Shown: in pieces, positions 10,292-19,585 of the stretch
How positions within the stretch are numbered: position 1 is the stretch's first letter
Layout: each line of letters begins with the position of its first letter
Source: Pseudomonadota bacterium
Lineage (GTDB): Bacteria; Pseudomonadota; Alphaproteobacteria; Rhodobacterales; Rhodobacteraceae
Direction: 5' to 3'
Assembly: GCA_036338635.1 (NCBI GenBank)
Contig: JAYZBS010000045.1
Location: 4,601 to 68,600 of the forward strand
DNA: 64,000 bases
Program-made: the position numbers and the translations under genes
The notes under the pieces: generated by a model
Seen by the model: only the letters and a program-made list of their open reading frames with translations
The model's database searches: none
What the model was told of the DNA's origin: nothing

Positions 10292-11112
10292 CTGGTCTTA
10301 CGGGTCTGAAGGGGCGCAGCGTCCTGATCACCGGCGGCGGCCGCGGCCTTGGTCGCGCCATGGCGCTGGCGCTGGCGCCCCACGGCGTGCGGCTGGCGCT
10401 GAGCGCCCGCGCGCCCTCCACCGCGCTGGACCAGACGCTGGCCGAGTGCCGCGCGCTCGGCGCCAAGGCGGCCATTGGGATCACGCTGGATGTCGGCGAT
10501 GCGGCCGCCTGCGCCGCTGCCGTGGCTCAGGTCGAGCCAACGATCGGCCTGCTGGACGTGCTGGTGAACAACGCCGGTCAGGGGATGCGGCTCGTCTCCG
10601 AGACGTTCAACACGCGCCCGACCCGATTCTGGGAGACCGCGCCCGAAGCCTGGGCGTCCATCATCGCCAGCAACGTGAACGGTCCCTTCAACATGGCCCG
10701 GGCGGCAGTGCCGGGCATGGTGGCGCGGGGGCGGGGCAAAGTGATCAACATCTCGACCTCGGACCAGACAATGGTGCGGAAGGGCTATGCGCCTTACGGC
10801 CCGTCCAAGGCCGCGCTGGAGGCCGCAAGCCGGATCTGGGCGCAGGATCTGGCCGGCACCGGCGTCACGGTCAACGTCTTCCTGCCCGGCGGGGCGGCCG
10901 ATACCGACCTGCTGCCGCCTGCGCCGGACAAGAAGGGCGCCGACGGCAAGCTGCTGTCTCCGCAGGTTATGGCGCCGGGCATCCGCTGGCTCTGCTCGGA
11001 CGCCTCGGACGGGACCACCGGCGCGCGCTTCATCGCCGCGCTCTGGGGCGATGCCGATGCGCCTGCCCCGGCCGCGATGTCGGCCCATGCGCCCAAGCCG
11101 GCGATCATGTGA
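10288..11112 (+). CDS. SDR oxidoreductase
   Basis: TGGGRGLG, LVNNAG, YGPSK; ATGA-coupled start. Confidence 0.88.
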   Translation: MTGLTGLKGRSVLITGGGRGLGRAMALALAPHGVRLALSARAPSTALDQTLAECRALGAKAAIGITLDVGDAAACAAAVAQVEPTIGLLDVLVNNAGQGMRLVSETFNTRPTRFWETAPEAWASIIASNVNGPFNMARAAVPGMVARGRGKVINISTSDQTMVRKGYAPYGPSKAALEAASRIWAQDLAGTGVTVNVFLPGGAADTDLLPPAPDKKGADGKLLSPQVMAPGIRWLCSDASDGTTGARFIAALWGDADAPAPAAMSAHAPKPAIM

Positions 11113-11121
11113 GGGCCCCAA

Positions 11122-12018
11122 ATGTTCCCCCCAAAGCCCTTGCGCCAGACCGACCTTCTGACACTGGGCGACGCCCGGATCAGCCGGATCACGGACATGG
11201 ACCCTTTCGCCTTGCCGCTGACATTCCTCTTCCCCGGCGCCGTCCCCGAGGCGCTGGAGGCGCATCGCAGCAGCCTTGCCCCATGGCACGTGGATTTCGC
11301 GGCCGGCTCGGTCCTTCTAGGCGTGCACAGCCTGCTGCTGCAGGCGGGCGGGCTGAACATCCTGATCGACACCTGCGTCGGCGCCTGCAAGCCCCGCCCC
11401 GCCCGGCCGGAATGGCACCAGCGCAGGGCCGCCGGTTATCTGGCAGCGCTGTCCCGCGCCGGCCTTGCGCCCGAGGATATCGACATCGTCCTTTGCACGC
11501 ATCTGCACGCCGATCATGTCGGCTGGAACACCCGACTGCAGGACGGGCGGTGGGTGCCCACCTTCCCCCGCGCCCGCTACGTGATCGGCCGGCAAGAGCT
11601 TCAGGACGCAGCCTCCGCGCATCAGGCGGGCCACAACCATGGCGCCTATGCTGACAGCGTCCTGCCGGTGATCGAAGCTGGCCTCGTGCAGCCCGTGGAT
11701 GGCGGGGCGGAGCTCCAGCGCGGCATGACCCTGACGCCGCTGCCGGGGCACACTGCCGGGCAGCTGGGTCTTGCCCTCAGCGTCGCCGGGCGCCGCGTCC
11801 TTTTCTGCGGCGATGCGCTGCATTCGCCCGTGCAGGTCCACCACCCGGACTGGAGCAGCCGCTTCTGCGCCGACCCCGCCCAGGCCGCCCGCACCCGTCG
11901 CACCCTGCTGGAGACCGTGGCCGAGGACGCCGCCCTTCTGGTCCCCGCCCATCTGCGCGGCGATCTGGCCCTGTCTGTCCGCCGCCAAGGCGACGCCTTT
12001 CATCCCGCGCCGGCATGA
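11122..12018 (+). CDS. Metallo-beta-lactamase-fold hydrolase (lactonase/hydrolase-like)
   Basis: THLHADHVGWN, PGHTAG, GDALH. Confidence 0.9.
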   Translation: MFPPKPLRQTDLLTLGDARISRITDMDPFALPLTFLFPGAVPEALEAHRSSLAPWHVDFAAGSVLLGVHSLLLQAGGLNILIDTCVGACKPRPARPEWHQRRAAGYLAALSRAGLAPEDIDIVLCTHLHADHVGWNTRLQDGRWVPTFPRARYVIGRQELQDAASAHQAGHNHGAYADSVLPVIEAGLVQPVDGGAELQRGMTLTPLPGHTAGQLGLALSVAGRRVLFCGDALHSPVQVHHPDWSSRFCADPAQAARTRRTLLETVAEDAALLVPAHLRGDLALSVRRQGDAFHPAPA

Positions 12019-12061
12019 CCTGCTGCCGCGCCTCCCGTTTCGAAGAAGAAGGTAAGAACCG

Positions 12062-13258
12062 ATGAGCCACGAATCCGTCATCATCGTCGGCGCCGGGCCG
12101 GTCGGGCTGGTGTCGGCCCTCAGCCTCGCCGAGGCCGGCATCCCCGTCACCGTGATCGAGGCGCATGGCGAGGTGCCGCGCGACCTGCGCGCTTCGACCT
12201 TTCATCCGCCGACCCTGGACATGCTGGACCGCTTCGGCATCTCGGACGAGCTGGTGGCGCGCGGGCTGATATGCCCCACCTGGCAGTTCCGCGACCGGGC
12301 CGAGGGCGTGGTGGCCGAATTCGATCTTGGCCTTCTGAAGGACGAAACCCGCCACCCCTATCGCCTGCAATGCGAACAGTGGAAGCTGGCCGAGGCGCTG
12401 CGCGACCGCATCGCGAAACTTGACAAGGTCGAGGTCCGCTACCACACCCGCGCGACCGAGGTGGCGCAGGATGACCTGGGCGTCAGCCTTACCGTCGCCG
12501 ACGCGGATGGCCGGACCGAGACCCTTCGCGCCCGCTACCTGATCGCCGCGGACGGCGCACACAGCGTCACACGCAAGGCGCTTGGCATCGCCTTCGACGG
12601 TTTGACCATTCCCGAGATCTTCCTGTCCATGTCCACCAGCTTCGATTTTTCCGAAGCCATCGGCGATTTGGCCCCCATCGCCTATATCACCGACCCGGAC
12701 GAATGGGCCGTCCTGCTGCGCACGCCGACCCTGTGGCGCGTGCTGCTGCCGACCGATCCCACGCTCAGCGACGCCGAGATCAAGGACCCCGCCGTGATGG
12801 AGGCGCGGATGCAGCAGATCTGCCCCAAGGATGGGCCCTATGACATCGTCCACGCCACCGCCTATCGCGTCCATCAGCGGGTGGCCGAGCGCTATGTCGA
12901 GGGGCGCATCTTCCTCGCCGGCGACGCCGCACATCTGAACAACCCGCTTGGCGGGATGGGGATGAACGGCGGCATCCATGATGCCGTGAACCTGACCGAT
13001 AAGCTGGTCCGCATCTGGAACGGCGCCCCCCTGTCCGAGATGGGCCGCTACGAGCGGCAGCGCCGCAAGGTCGCCATCGACACGGTGCAGGAGCAGTCCC
13101 TGCGCAACCGCAAGATCATGGCCGAGAACGACCCCGCCGCCCGCGCCGCCCATCACGACGAGCTGCGTGCCATCGCCGCCGATCCGGTGCGGCACAAGGC
13201 CTATCTGATGCGCTCGTCCATGCTGCAATCGCTGCACGAGCTGGAAGACGTCGCCTGA
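12062..13258 (+). CDS. FAD-dependent monooxygenase (group A aromatic hydroxylase-like)
   Basis: GAGPVG, IAADGAHS, LAGDAAHLNNPLGGMGMNGGIHDA. Confidence 0.9.
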   Translation: MSHESVIIVGAGPVGLVSALSLAEAGIPVTVIEAHGEVPRDLRASTFHPPTLDMLDRFGISDELVARGLICPTWQFRDRAEGVVAEFDLGLLKDETRHPYRLQCEQWKLAEALRDRIAKLDKVEVRYHTRATEVAQDDLGVSLTVADADGRTETLRARYLIAADGAHSVTRKALGIAFDGLTIPEIFLSMSTSFDFSEAIGDLAPIAYITDPDEWAVLLRTPTLWRVLLPTDPTLSDAEIKDPAVMEARMQQICPKDGPYDIVHATAYRVHQRVAERYVEGRIFLAGDAAHLNNPLGGMGMNGGIHDAVNLTDKLVRIWNGAPLSEMGRYERQRRKVAIDTVQEQSLRNRKIMAENDPAARAAHHDELRAIAADPVRHKAYLMRSSMLQSLHELEDVA

Positions 13259-13285
13259 ACGGGCACAAGTGAAAGGAACTGACAT

Positions 13286-14032
13286 ATGACCGACAGCCTG
13301 GGCTATCGCATGAAATTCGGGGTCATCGCGCCCTCGACCAACACCTCGGTGCAGCCGGAGTTCGACGACATGCGCCCGGTGGGGGTGACGAACCACTTCT
13401 CGCGCATCTCGATCCCGGACGATCCCGTCCACAGCGATGACGACTTCAACGAGCTGGTGATGCGCATCCGCGCCGCCACGATGGAGGCGTTCGACGTGGT
13501 CAAGACCTGCTCGCCCGACGCGCTGGTCATGGGCATGTCGGCCGAAACCTTCTGGGACGGCAAATCCCGCGCCGACGAGCTGAAGCGCGAGATCGAGGAC
13601 CGCGCAGGCATGCCCGTCGCCATGGGCTCGGACGCCTGCCAGGCGGCTTTGTCCTGCTATGGGAACATCAAGCGCATCGCGGTCGTCACCCCCTATATGC
13701 CGGTGGGCGACGAACAGGTGCGCCGCTTCTTCGAAGATTGCGGCTACGAGGTCGTCACGATCAAGGGCCTCAAATGCAAAAGCCCGATGCTGATCGCGCA
13801 CGAGACCGAGCAGACTTTGCGCGACGCGATCATCGAGGTGAACGATCCCTCCGTCGACGCCATCGTGCAGGCGGGCACCAACCTTGCGATGGCCCGTGTC
13901 GGCGCCATGGCCGAGTTCTGGCTGGACAAGCCCGTGATCGCCATCAACACCGCGACCTACTGGCACGCGCTGCGGATGAACGGGATCAAGGACAAGGTGC
14001 AGGGCTTCGGCTCGCTTCTGTCCCATCACTGA
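13286..14032 (+). CDS. Asp/Glu racemase superfamily (arylmalonate decarboxylase/maleate isomerase-like) protein lacking both catalytic Cys
   Basis: FGVIAPSTNT and VVTPY motifs present; the catalytic positions read VMGMSAETF and VQAGTNL. Confidence 0.8.
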   Translation: MTDSLGYRMKFGVIAPSTNTSVQPEFDDMRPVGVTNHFSRISIPDDPVHSDDDFNELVMRIRAATMEAFDVVKTCSPDALVMGMSAETFWDGKSRADELKREIEDRAGMPVAMGSDACQAALSCYGNIKRIAVVTPYMPVGDEQVRRFFEDCGYEVVTIKGLKCKSPMLIAHETEQTLRDAIIEVNDPSVDAIVQAGTNLAMARVGAMAEFWLDKPVIAINTATYWHALRMNGIKDKVQGFGSLLSHH

Positions 14033-14051
14033 GCCGGCGGAGCCCCAGCCT

Positions 14052-14798
14052 ATGCGCCACGCATCCGTGTACAGCCATCGCGGCAAGATCGGCCTCGTCA
14101 CCCCCGCGACCAACACCGTCAACGAGGCCGAATGGACCCGCCTGATGCCGGACGGCGTCACCTTCCACGCGCAGCGGATGGTGCTGCGCGGGGGCAGCCA
14201 TTCAGAGGCCGAGGTCCTGGACCAAATTGCGGATGCCGGTGAGGTGCTGGCGCGGGCGGATGTGGACGTGATCGCCTATGCCTGCACCGCAGGCTCGATG
14301 GTGACCCCGGCCGGTGGCTTGGAGCAGGCGGCCTCGGCCCGCGCGGGGCGGCCGGTGGTGACCACCGCCGCCGCCATCGTCGCGGCCCTCGGGGCACTTG
14401 GCGCCACGCGGGTCGCGATCGCAACGCCCTATCACGAGGCGCTGAACGATCACGAACGCGACTTCCTTTCCGGCCATGGCATCCGGACGCTGGCGATCCG
14501 CGGCCTCGGGATCGGGGCGGGCGGGCCGGCGGAATACCCGCAGATTGCCCGCACGCCGCTGGACCGGGTCCGCGCCCTGGCGCTCGAGGTGCATGACCCG
14601 GACGCCGAGGCGCTGCTGCTGACCTGCACCGATTTCCCGACCCTGCCGCTGATCCCCGAGCTGGAGGCCGAGCTTGGGATTCCGGTCGTCAGTTCGAACA
14701 CGGTGACGCTCTGGGCGGCGCTGCGCGCAGCCGGGATCAACGACCGGATCAATGATGCAGGGCGGCTTCTGACCCTGACAAGCGCCCGAAAGGACTGA
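14052..14798 (+). CDS. Maleate cis-trans isomerase-like protein (two-Cys type)
   Basis: IGLVTPATNT, AYACTAGS, ATPY, LLTCTDFP. Confidence 0.85.
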   Translation: MRHASVYSHRGKIGLVTPATNTVNEAEWTRLMPDGVTFHAQRMVLRGGSHSEAEVLDQIADAGEVLARADVDVIAYACTAGSMVTPAGGLEQAASARAGRPVVTTAAAIVAALGALGATRVAIATPYHEALNDHERDFLSGHGIRTLAIRGLGIGAGGPAEYPQIARTPLDRVRALALEVHDPDAEALLLTCTDFPTLPLIPELEAELGIPVVSSNTVTLWAALRAAGINDRINDAGRLLTLTSARKD

Positions 14799-14801
14799 TC
14801 G

Positions 14802-15044
14802 ATGACCCTGCCGCCCCCGACCTGCGCCGCGCTTGCCGAGGACGCTGCGGCGGAGGTGCGCTTCACGTTCGACATCCCGGCGCTGCGCCCGACAATCCGC
14901 CACATCTGCGACTTGCAGCTGAGCTCGGCGCAGCAGGCGCTGCTGAACGGGATCGATGTGATCCTCAACCGCGACCTGCCGGACATCCGCGCCTTCGAGG
15001 CCGAGCGCGCACGCCGCCAGCCATGGTTCTTCGCCGCCGGCTGA
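14802..15044 (+). CDS. 80-aa hypothetical protein
   Basis: Starts just after the previous stop, fills the gap in the operon, GC-rich third codon positions; no motif recognised. Confidence 0.6.
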   Translation: MTLPPPTCAALAEDAAAEVRFTFDIPALRPTIRHICDLQLSSAQQALLNGIDVILNRDLPDIRAFEAERARRQPWFFAAG

Positions 15045-15082
15045 CGGCCCAACACGATAAAAACCAACACGGAGAGAAAAAG

Positions 15083-16024
15083 ATGAACATCCTGACCCCG
15101 ATTGCCGCTTTGGCCCTCAGCGTGGCCGCCGTTCCCGCCTCGGCGCAGATGGTGGGGCTTGCCACCACGACCGGCGGCGCGACCGAACAGATCGGCCTGC
15201 ACCTCGCCACGATCCTGTCCGATCACAGCGGGCTGACCATCCGCCCGCAGGTGATGGCCAACACCTCGCAATACGTGCCGATGGTCAATGCCGGCAGGAT
15301 CGAGTTCGGCATCGCCAACTACCCCCAGATCGCCCATGCGATCGAAGGCATCGGCATGTCCGAAGGCGACGCGAACCCGGACCTGCGCATGGTCGCGACG
15401 ATCCTGCCCTTCAATGCGGGTCTCGTGGTGCCCGTCGACACCGGGATCGAGCAGCTGTCGGATCTGGCCGGCCATGCGGTCCCGCGCTTTCCGGCCAATT
15501 CGCTTGGCGAGTTCTTCTTCACCGCCGCGATGGAGACGGCGGGCGTGAGCTATGACGACGTGCGCCCCGTGCCGACCGCGAATTTCGGCGAGCAGTTCAA
15601 CAACATCAAGGCGGGGCTGACGGACGTGACCATCGGTTCGGTCGGGGCGCAGTCGATCATGGATGTCGAGGCCTCGCGCGGCGAGGTCCGATATCTGTCG
15701 TTCTCCGAGGGCGACGACGAAATCCTGTCGAGGTATCTGCCCGGGACCAGTCTGACCACATGGGGCGACCGCCCCGCAGCGGCGGGGGTGACGCCCGAAA
15801 CGGTAGTGTTGTTCTACGACTACACGCTGTTTGCCCACAAGGACGTGCCCGACGAGGTCGTCACCGCCGCGCTCGAGGCGCTTTACAGCCAGCCCGAGGC
15901 CGCCCGGTCCGGCGGCGCGCTGTGGTCGGAATATGACGAGACGCAGCTGGCCCGCGTGACCACCCTGCCCTATCACCCGGCCGCCGAAGCCTTCTTCCGC
16001 GACCGCGGCATCTGGGCCGACTGA
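15083..16024 (+). CDS. TAXI-family TRAP solute receptor, copy 2
   Basis: ATG at 15083 after GGAGAG; signal peptide; GRIEFGIANYPQ; PYHPAAEAFF. Confidence 0.85.
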   Translation: MNILTPIAALALSVAAVPASAQMVGLATTTGGATEQIGLHLATILSDHSGLTIRPQVMANTSQYVPMVNAGRIEFGIANYPQIAHAIEGIGMSEGDANPDLRMVATILPFNAGLVVPVDTGIEQLSDLAGHAVPRFPANSLGEFFFTAAMETAGVSYDDVRPVPTANFGEQFNNIKAGLTDVTIGSVGAQSIMDVEASRGEVRYLSFSEGDDEILSRYLPGTSLTTWGDRPAAAGVTPETVVLFYDYTLFAHKDVPDEVVTAALEALYSQPEAARSGGALWSEYDETQLARVTTLPYHPAAEAFFRDRGIWAD

Positions 16025-16083
16025 CGCCGCAGCGACGGCGGGCCGCGCCCCGCCGGCTCACCCTCTTGGCGAAGGAGCCCTCG

Positions 16084-18012
16084 ATGTCCGATCTTACGGG
16101 AACCGGGCCGCGCGCGGTCCGGATCGCGGCCGCCGTTCTGGCCGTCGCGGTGCCGCTGCTGGCCATGGCCTGGGTCCTGGCGCTTCCGCAGCGCGCCGGG
16201 TTGATGATCTTTCCACAGCAGACCGTGGCGCTGATGCTGGGCCTGTCGCTGGCGGTCTGCTTCCTGCGCGGCGGGCCGGATCGGGGGCCGAACGCCCTGG
16301 ACATCGCGCTGGCGCTGGCCTCGCTGGCGCTGGCGGCGCATGTCTTCTGGCGCTTTCCACTTCTGTCCGAACGCGCCTGGAGCCATCCGACCGAGGCAAC
16401 GATCCTCGGCATCGCGGTCATCCTTCTGGTGATGGAGGGCCTGCGCCGCGTTATCGGCGCAATGCTGATCGTGATCTTTGCGATTCTGGTTCTTTACGCC
16501 GTCGCCGGCCAGCATGTTCCGGGCGCGCTGCAAGGCCGGGCGCAGCCCATCGGTGACGTGCTGCAATACATCGGCAGCGATTCCTCGGCCACATGGGGGC
16601 AGTCCTTGCAGATCGCCGCCTTCGTCGTAGTGCTGTTCGTCCTGTTCGCGGCGTTCCTGATGGGCACGGGCGGGTCGGACTTCTTCTCCAGCCTGGCGGG
16701 GCGGGTGTCGGGCAAGGGGCCGGGCGGGTCGGCCAAGGTCGCCGTCACGGCCTCGGGGCTGACGGGCATGATCTCGGGCAGCGCGGTCTCAAACGTGATG
16801 ACGACCGGCGTCATCACCATCCCGGTGATGAAACGCGCGGGCTTCAGCCCCGCCAACGCCTCGGCGATCGAGGCCGTCTCGTCGACCGGCGGCCAGCTGA
16901 TGCCGCCGATCATGGGCGCCGCCGCCTTCCTGATGGCCGAGTTCCTGCAGGTCCCCTACCGCGAAATCATCATCGCTGCCGCCCTGCCGGCGCTGCTCTA
17001 TTTCCTGTCGCTTTACATCCAGATCGACTTCCTCGCCCGCCGCGACCGCCTGCCCGCGGGCGAGGACGGCCCGCGCCGCAGCCTAGGCGCGATCCTGCTG
17101 CGCGGTTGGGTCAGCCTGGCCGCCATCGCGGCGCTGATGAGCGGGATCTTCGCCTTCAACCTGCCGGCCGAGATCTCGGTCGTCTATGCCACGCTGGCGG
17201 TGATGGCGCTGGCCTTGGGGGCCTGGGCGCTCCGTCTGCCCTATGGAGGCATGGCCCCGCGCAAGGTGCTGGACGCGCTGATCGAGGCCGGCCGTTCGAC
17301 CTGCGACATCCTGCTGATCTGCGCGGCGGCAGGGATGATCATCGGGCTGATGACGCTGACCGGCCTCGGCTTCACGCTGAGCTACTACCTGATGTCCTTC
17401 GGCTCGGGCAGCCTGTTCCTACTGCTTCTGCTGGCGGCGGCGATCGGGCTGGTGCTGGGGCTGGGCCTGCCGACGACGGCGGTCTATCTGCTGCTGGCGA
17501 CGCTAGCCGCACCCGCGCTGACGCAGCTGGGCGTTCCGGCCATGTCGGCGCATATGTTCCTGCTGTATTTCGGGATGCTTTCGATGATCACCCCGCCCAT
17601 CGCCATCGCCGCCTATGCCGCTGCCAGCATCGGTGGGGCGGACCAGTACCGCACGGCCTTCGCCGCCTTCCGCTTTGGCTGGGCGTCCTACATCCTGCCC
17701 TTCTACTTCATTTACAAGCCGGGGCTGCTGCTGGATACCGGCTGGATGCAATCGGCCTATGTCTTCGTGTCGACCGCCGTGTCGCTGGCCCTGATCGCCG
17801 GCGCGGTGATCGGCTTCGGCCACAGGCGCCTCAGCGCGGCTGAACGCGGCCTTTGGCTCCTGCTGGGCGCCGGCGTTATCGTGCCGCTGCACGGCATCAC
17901 GCCGCTGGCCGAATATGCCGTCGCGCTGCTGGCGGCGATCGTGCTGGGCCATCACCTGATCGCCAGCCGGCCCGCCCCGGCCCTCCGATCCCACCCTCAG
18001 GAGAACACATGA
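16084..18012 (+). CDS. TRAP fused 4TM/12TM permease, copy 2
   Basis: GMISGSAVSNV, STGGQLMPPIMGAAAFLMAE, LGLGLPTT, MITPPIAIA. Confidence 0.92.
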   Translation: MSDLTGTGPRAVRIAAAVLAVAVPLLAMAWVLALPQRAGLMIFPQQTVALMLGLSLAVCFLRGGPDRGPNALDIALALASLALAAHVFWRFPLLSERAWSHPTEATILGIAVILLVMEGLRRVIGAMLIVIFAILVLYAVAGQHVPGALQGRAQPIGDVLQYIGSDSSATWGQSLQIAAFVVVLFVLFAAFLMGTGGSDFFSSLAGRVSGKGPGGSAKVAVTASGLTGMISGSAVSNVMTTGVITIPVMKRAGFSPANASAIEAVSSTGGQLMPPIMGAAAFLMAEFLQVPYREIIIAAALPALLYFLSLYIQIDFLARRDRLPAGEDGPRRSLGAILLRGWVSLAAIAALMSGIFAFNLPAEISVVYATLAVMALALGAWALRLPYGGMAPRKVLDALIEAGRSTCDILLICAAAGMIIGLMTLTGLGFTLSYYLMSFGSGSLFLLLLLAAAIGLVLGLGLPTTAVYLLLATLAAPALTQLGVPAMSAHMFLLYFGMLSMITPPIAIAAYAAASIGGADQYRTAFAAFRFGWASYILPFYFIYKPGLLLDTGWMQSAYVFVSTAVSLALIAGAVIGFGHRRLSAAERGLWLLLGAGVIVPLHGITPLAEYAVALLAAIVLGHHLIASRPAPALRSHPQENT

Positions 18013-19178
18013 CCGACCCCCACCCCACGGCTCAGTTCAGCTTCGACACACCCGGCGCGCTTTTGATGGAATGGGACGGGGCCGCGCGGCTTGGCGAGTT
18101 GATGGCCGGCTGGTTCCCCGAGCGCGAGCTGTTGATCGTCACTGACGCTTTCCTACACGACGCGGGTCTTCTTGAGCCTGCGAAGGCCTCGCTTCTGGCG
18201 GCAGGATTCCGGATCACGGTCTTCGACGCAGTCGCCGCCGACCCGCCCGAGGCGGTGATGCTGGCCTGCGTTGACACTGGCATTGCCGCGGGGGCAAATG
18301 CCGTCCTGGGCCTTGGCGGCGGCTCGTCGATGGATGTCGCAAAACTCGCGGCGTTCCTGATCCGGAACCCGCAGCCGCTGGCGCCACTTTACGGGATCGG
18401 CAAGCTGCAGGGTGCACGCGCGCCGCTGGTGCAGGTGCCGACGACCTCGGGCACCGGATCCGAAGTGACGAACATCACCATCCTGACCACGGGCGAGACG
18501 ACCAAGATGGGGATCGTTGCCCCGCAGCTTTACGCCGATAAGGTGCTGCTGGACGCGGCGCTGACCGTCGGGCTGCCCCCCGCGCAGACCGCCGCCACAG
18601 GCATCGACGCTATGGTCCACGCGATCGAGGCCTTCACCAGCCGCCATCGCAAGAACCCCGTCTCGGACATGCACGCGCGCGAAGCCCTGCGGCTGCTGGC
18701 GGCCAATCTGGTCATCGCCTGCACTGACGGCGCGCACCGACCTGCGCGCGAGGCGATGCTGCTCGGCGCCGCGCTGGCGGGGCAGGCATTCGCCAACAGC
18801 CCTGTCGCGGCGGTCCATGCGCTGGCCTATCCCTTGGGCGGGCATTTCCACTTGGCCCACGGGCTGACGAACGCGCTGATGCTGGGTCCGGTCCTGCGCC
18901 ACAACCTTCCGGCCGCCGCCCCGCTATATGCCCAGTTGGCCGATACGTTGGGCGTAGGCGAAGGGACGGACGCCGACCGCGCGGCCGCCTTCATCGCCCA
19001 TCTGGAAGGGTTGATGGACGCGGCCGGCTTCAAACGGCACCTGCGCGATCACGCCGTGCCCGAAGAGAGCCTGCCGATGCTGGCGCGCGACGCGATGCTG
19101 CAGACGCGGCTTCTGGTCAACAACCCCGTCGAGGTGACCGAGGCGGACGCCCTGTCGCTGTACCGGCAGGCCTACTAG
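18009..19178 (+). CDS. Iron-containing alcohol dehydrogenase
   Basis: GLGGGSSMD, PTTSGTGSE, DAMVHAIE, HALA..HFHLAHG. Confidence 0.92.
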   Translation: MTDPHPTAQFSFDTPGALLMEWDGAARLGELMAGWFPERELLIVTDAFLHDAGLLEPAKASLLAAGFRITVFDAVAADPPEAVMLACVDTGIAAGANAVLGLGGGSSMDVAKLAAFLIRNPQPLAPLYGIGKLQGARAPLVQVPTTSGTGSEVTNITILTTGETTKMGIVAPQLYADKVLLDAALTVGLPPAQTAATGIDAMVHAIEAFTSRHRKNPVSDMHAREALRLLAANLVIACTDGAHRPAREAMLLGAALAGQAFANSPVAAVHALAYPLGGHFHLAHGLTNALMLGPVLRHNLPAAAPLYAQLADTLGVGEGTDADRAAAFIAHLEGLMDAAGFKRHLRDHAVPEESLPMLARDAMLQTRLLVNNPVEVTEADALSLYRQAY

Positions 19179-19207
19179 CGACTACGCGGCACCGATGCAG
19201 GGCGCGC

Positions 19208-19585
19208 TCACCATCGCCTCGTCATCTGGTCGAAGGTCACGACGGGCATTCCGCGCGCCTGCGCGAAGTCCGGCAGATCGCCAAGGCGCACCATGCACCC
19301 GTCATCGGTCATCGCCTCGCACAGAACGCCGGCGGGCCGCAGTCCCGCCAGCGCCATCAGCGCCAGCGTCGCCTCCGTATGGCCGCGGCGGGCGGCCAGT
19401 CCCTCGGGACGGGCGATCAGCGGGAAGACATGCCCTGGCCGCGACAGGTCCGAGGGGACCGCAGCCGGCGCCGTCAGCGCCGCCATCGTCCGGCAGCGGT
19501 CGGCGGCCGAAACGCCGGTGCTGACCCCCGCCGCCGCCTCGACCGAGACGGTGAACAGCGTCAGATAGGGAGAGCCGTTCCGCAC
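19208..19585 (-). pseudogene. ribB: 3,4-dihydroxy-2-butanone-4-phosphate synthase, 5'-truncated by an IS
   Basis: FTVSVEA..GVSTGVSAADR, RPGHVFPL, RRGHTEA, GVLCE; the N-terminus is replaced at the IS inverted repeat at 19586. Confidence 0.85.

Noticed and set aside
11777-14161. 794-aa antisense ORF, and similar long shadow ORFs (e.g. 4250-6055, 6222-8348, 39821-41389, 47879-49279, 49705-51288)
   Set aside because: They lie opposite or out of frame to genes with clear motifs, show no motifs of their own, and are expected from GC-rich codon bias.
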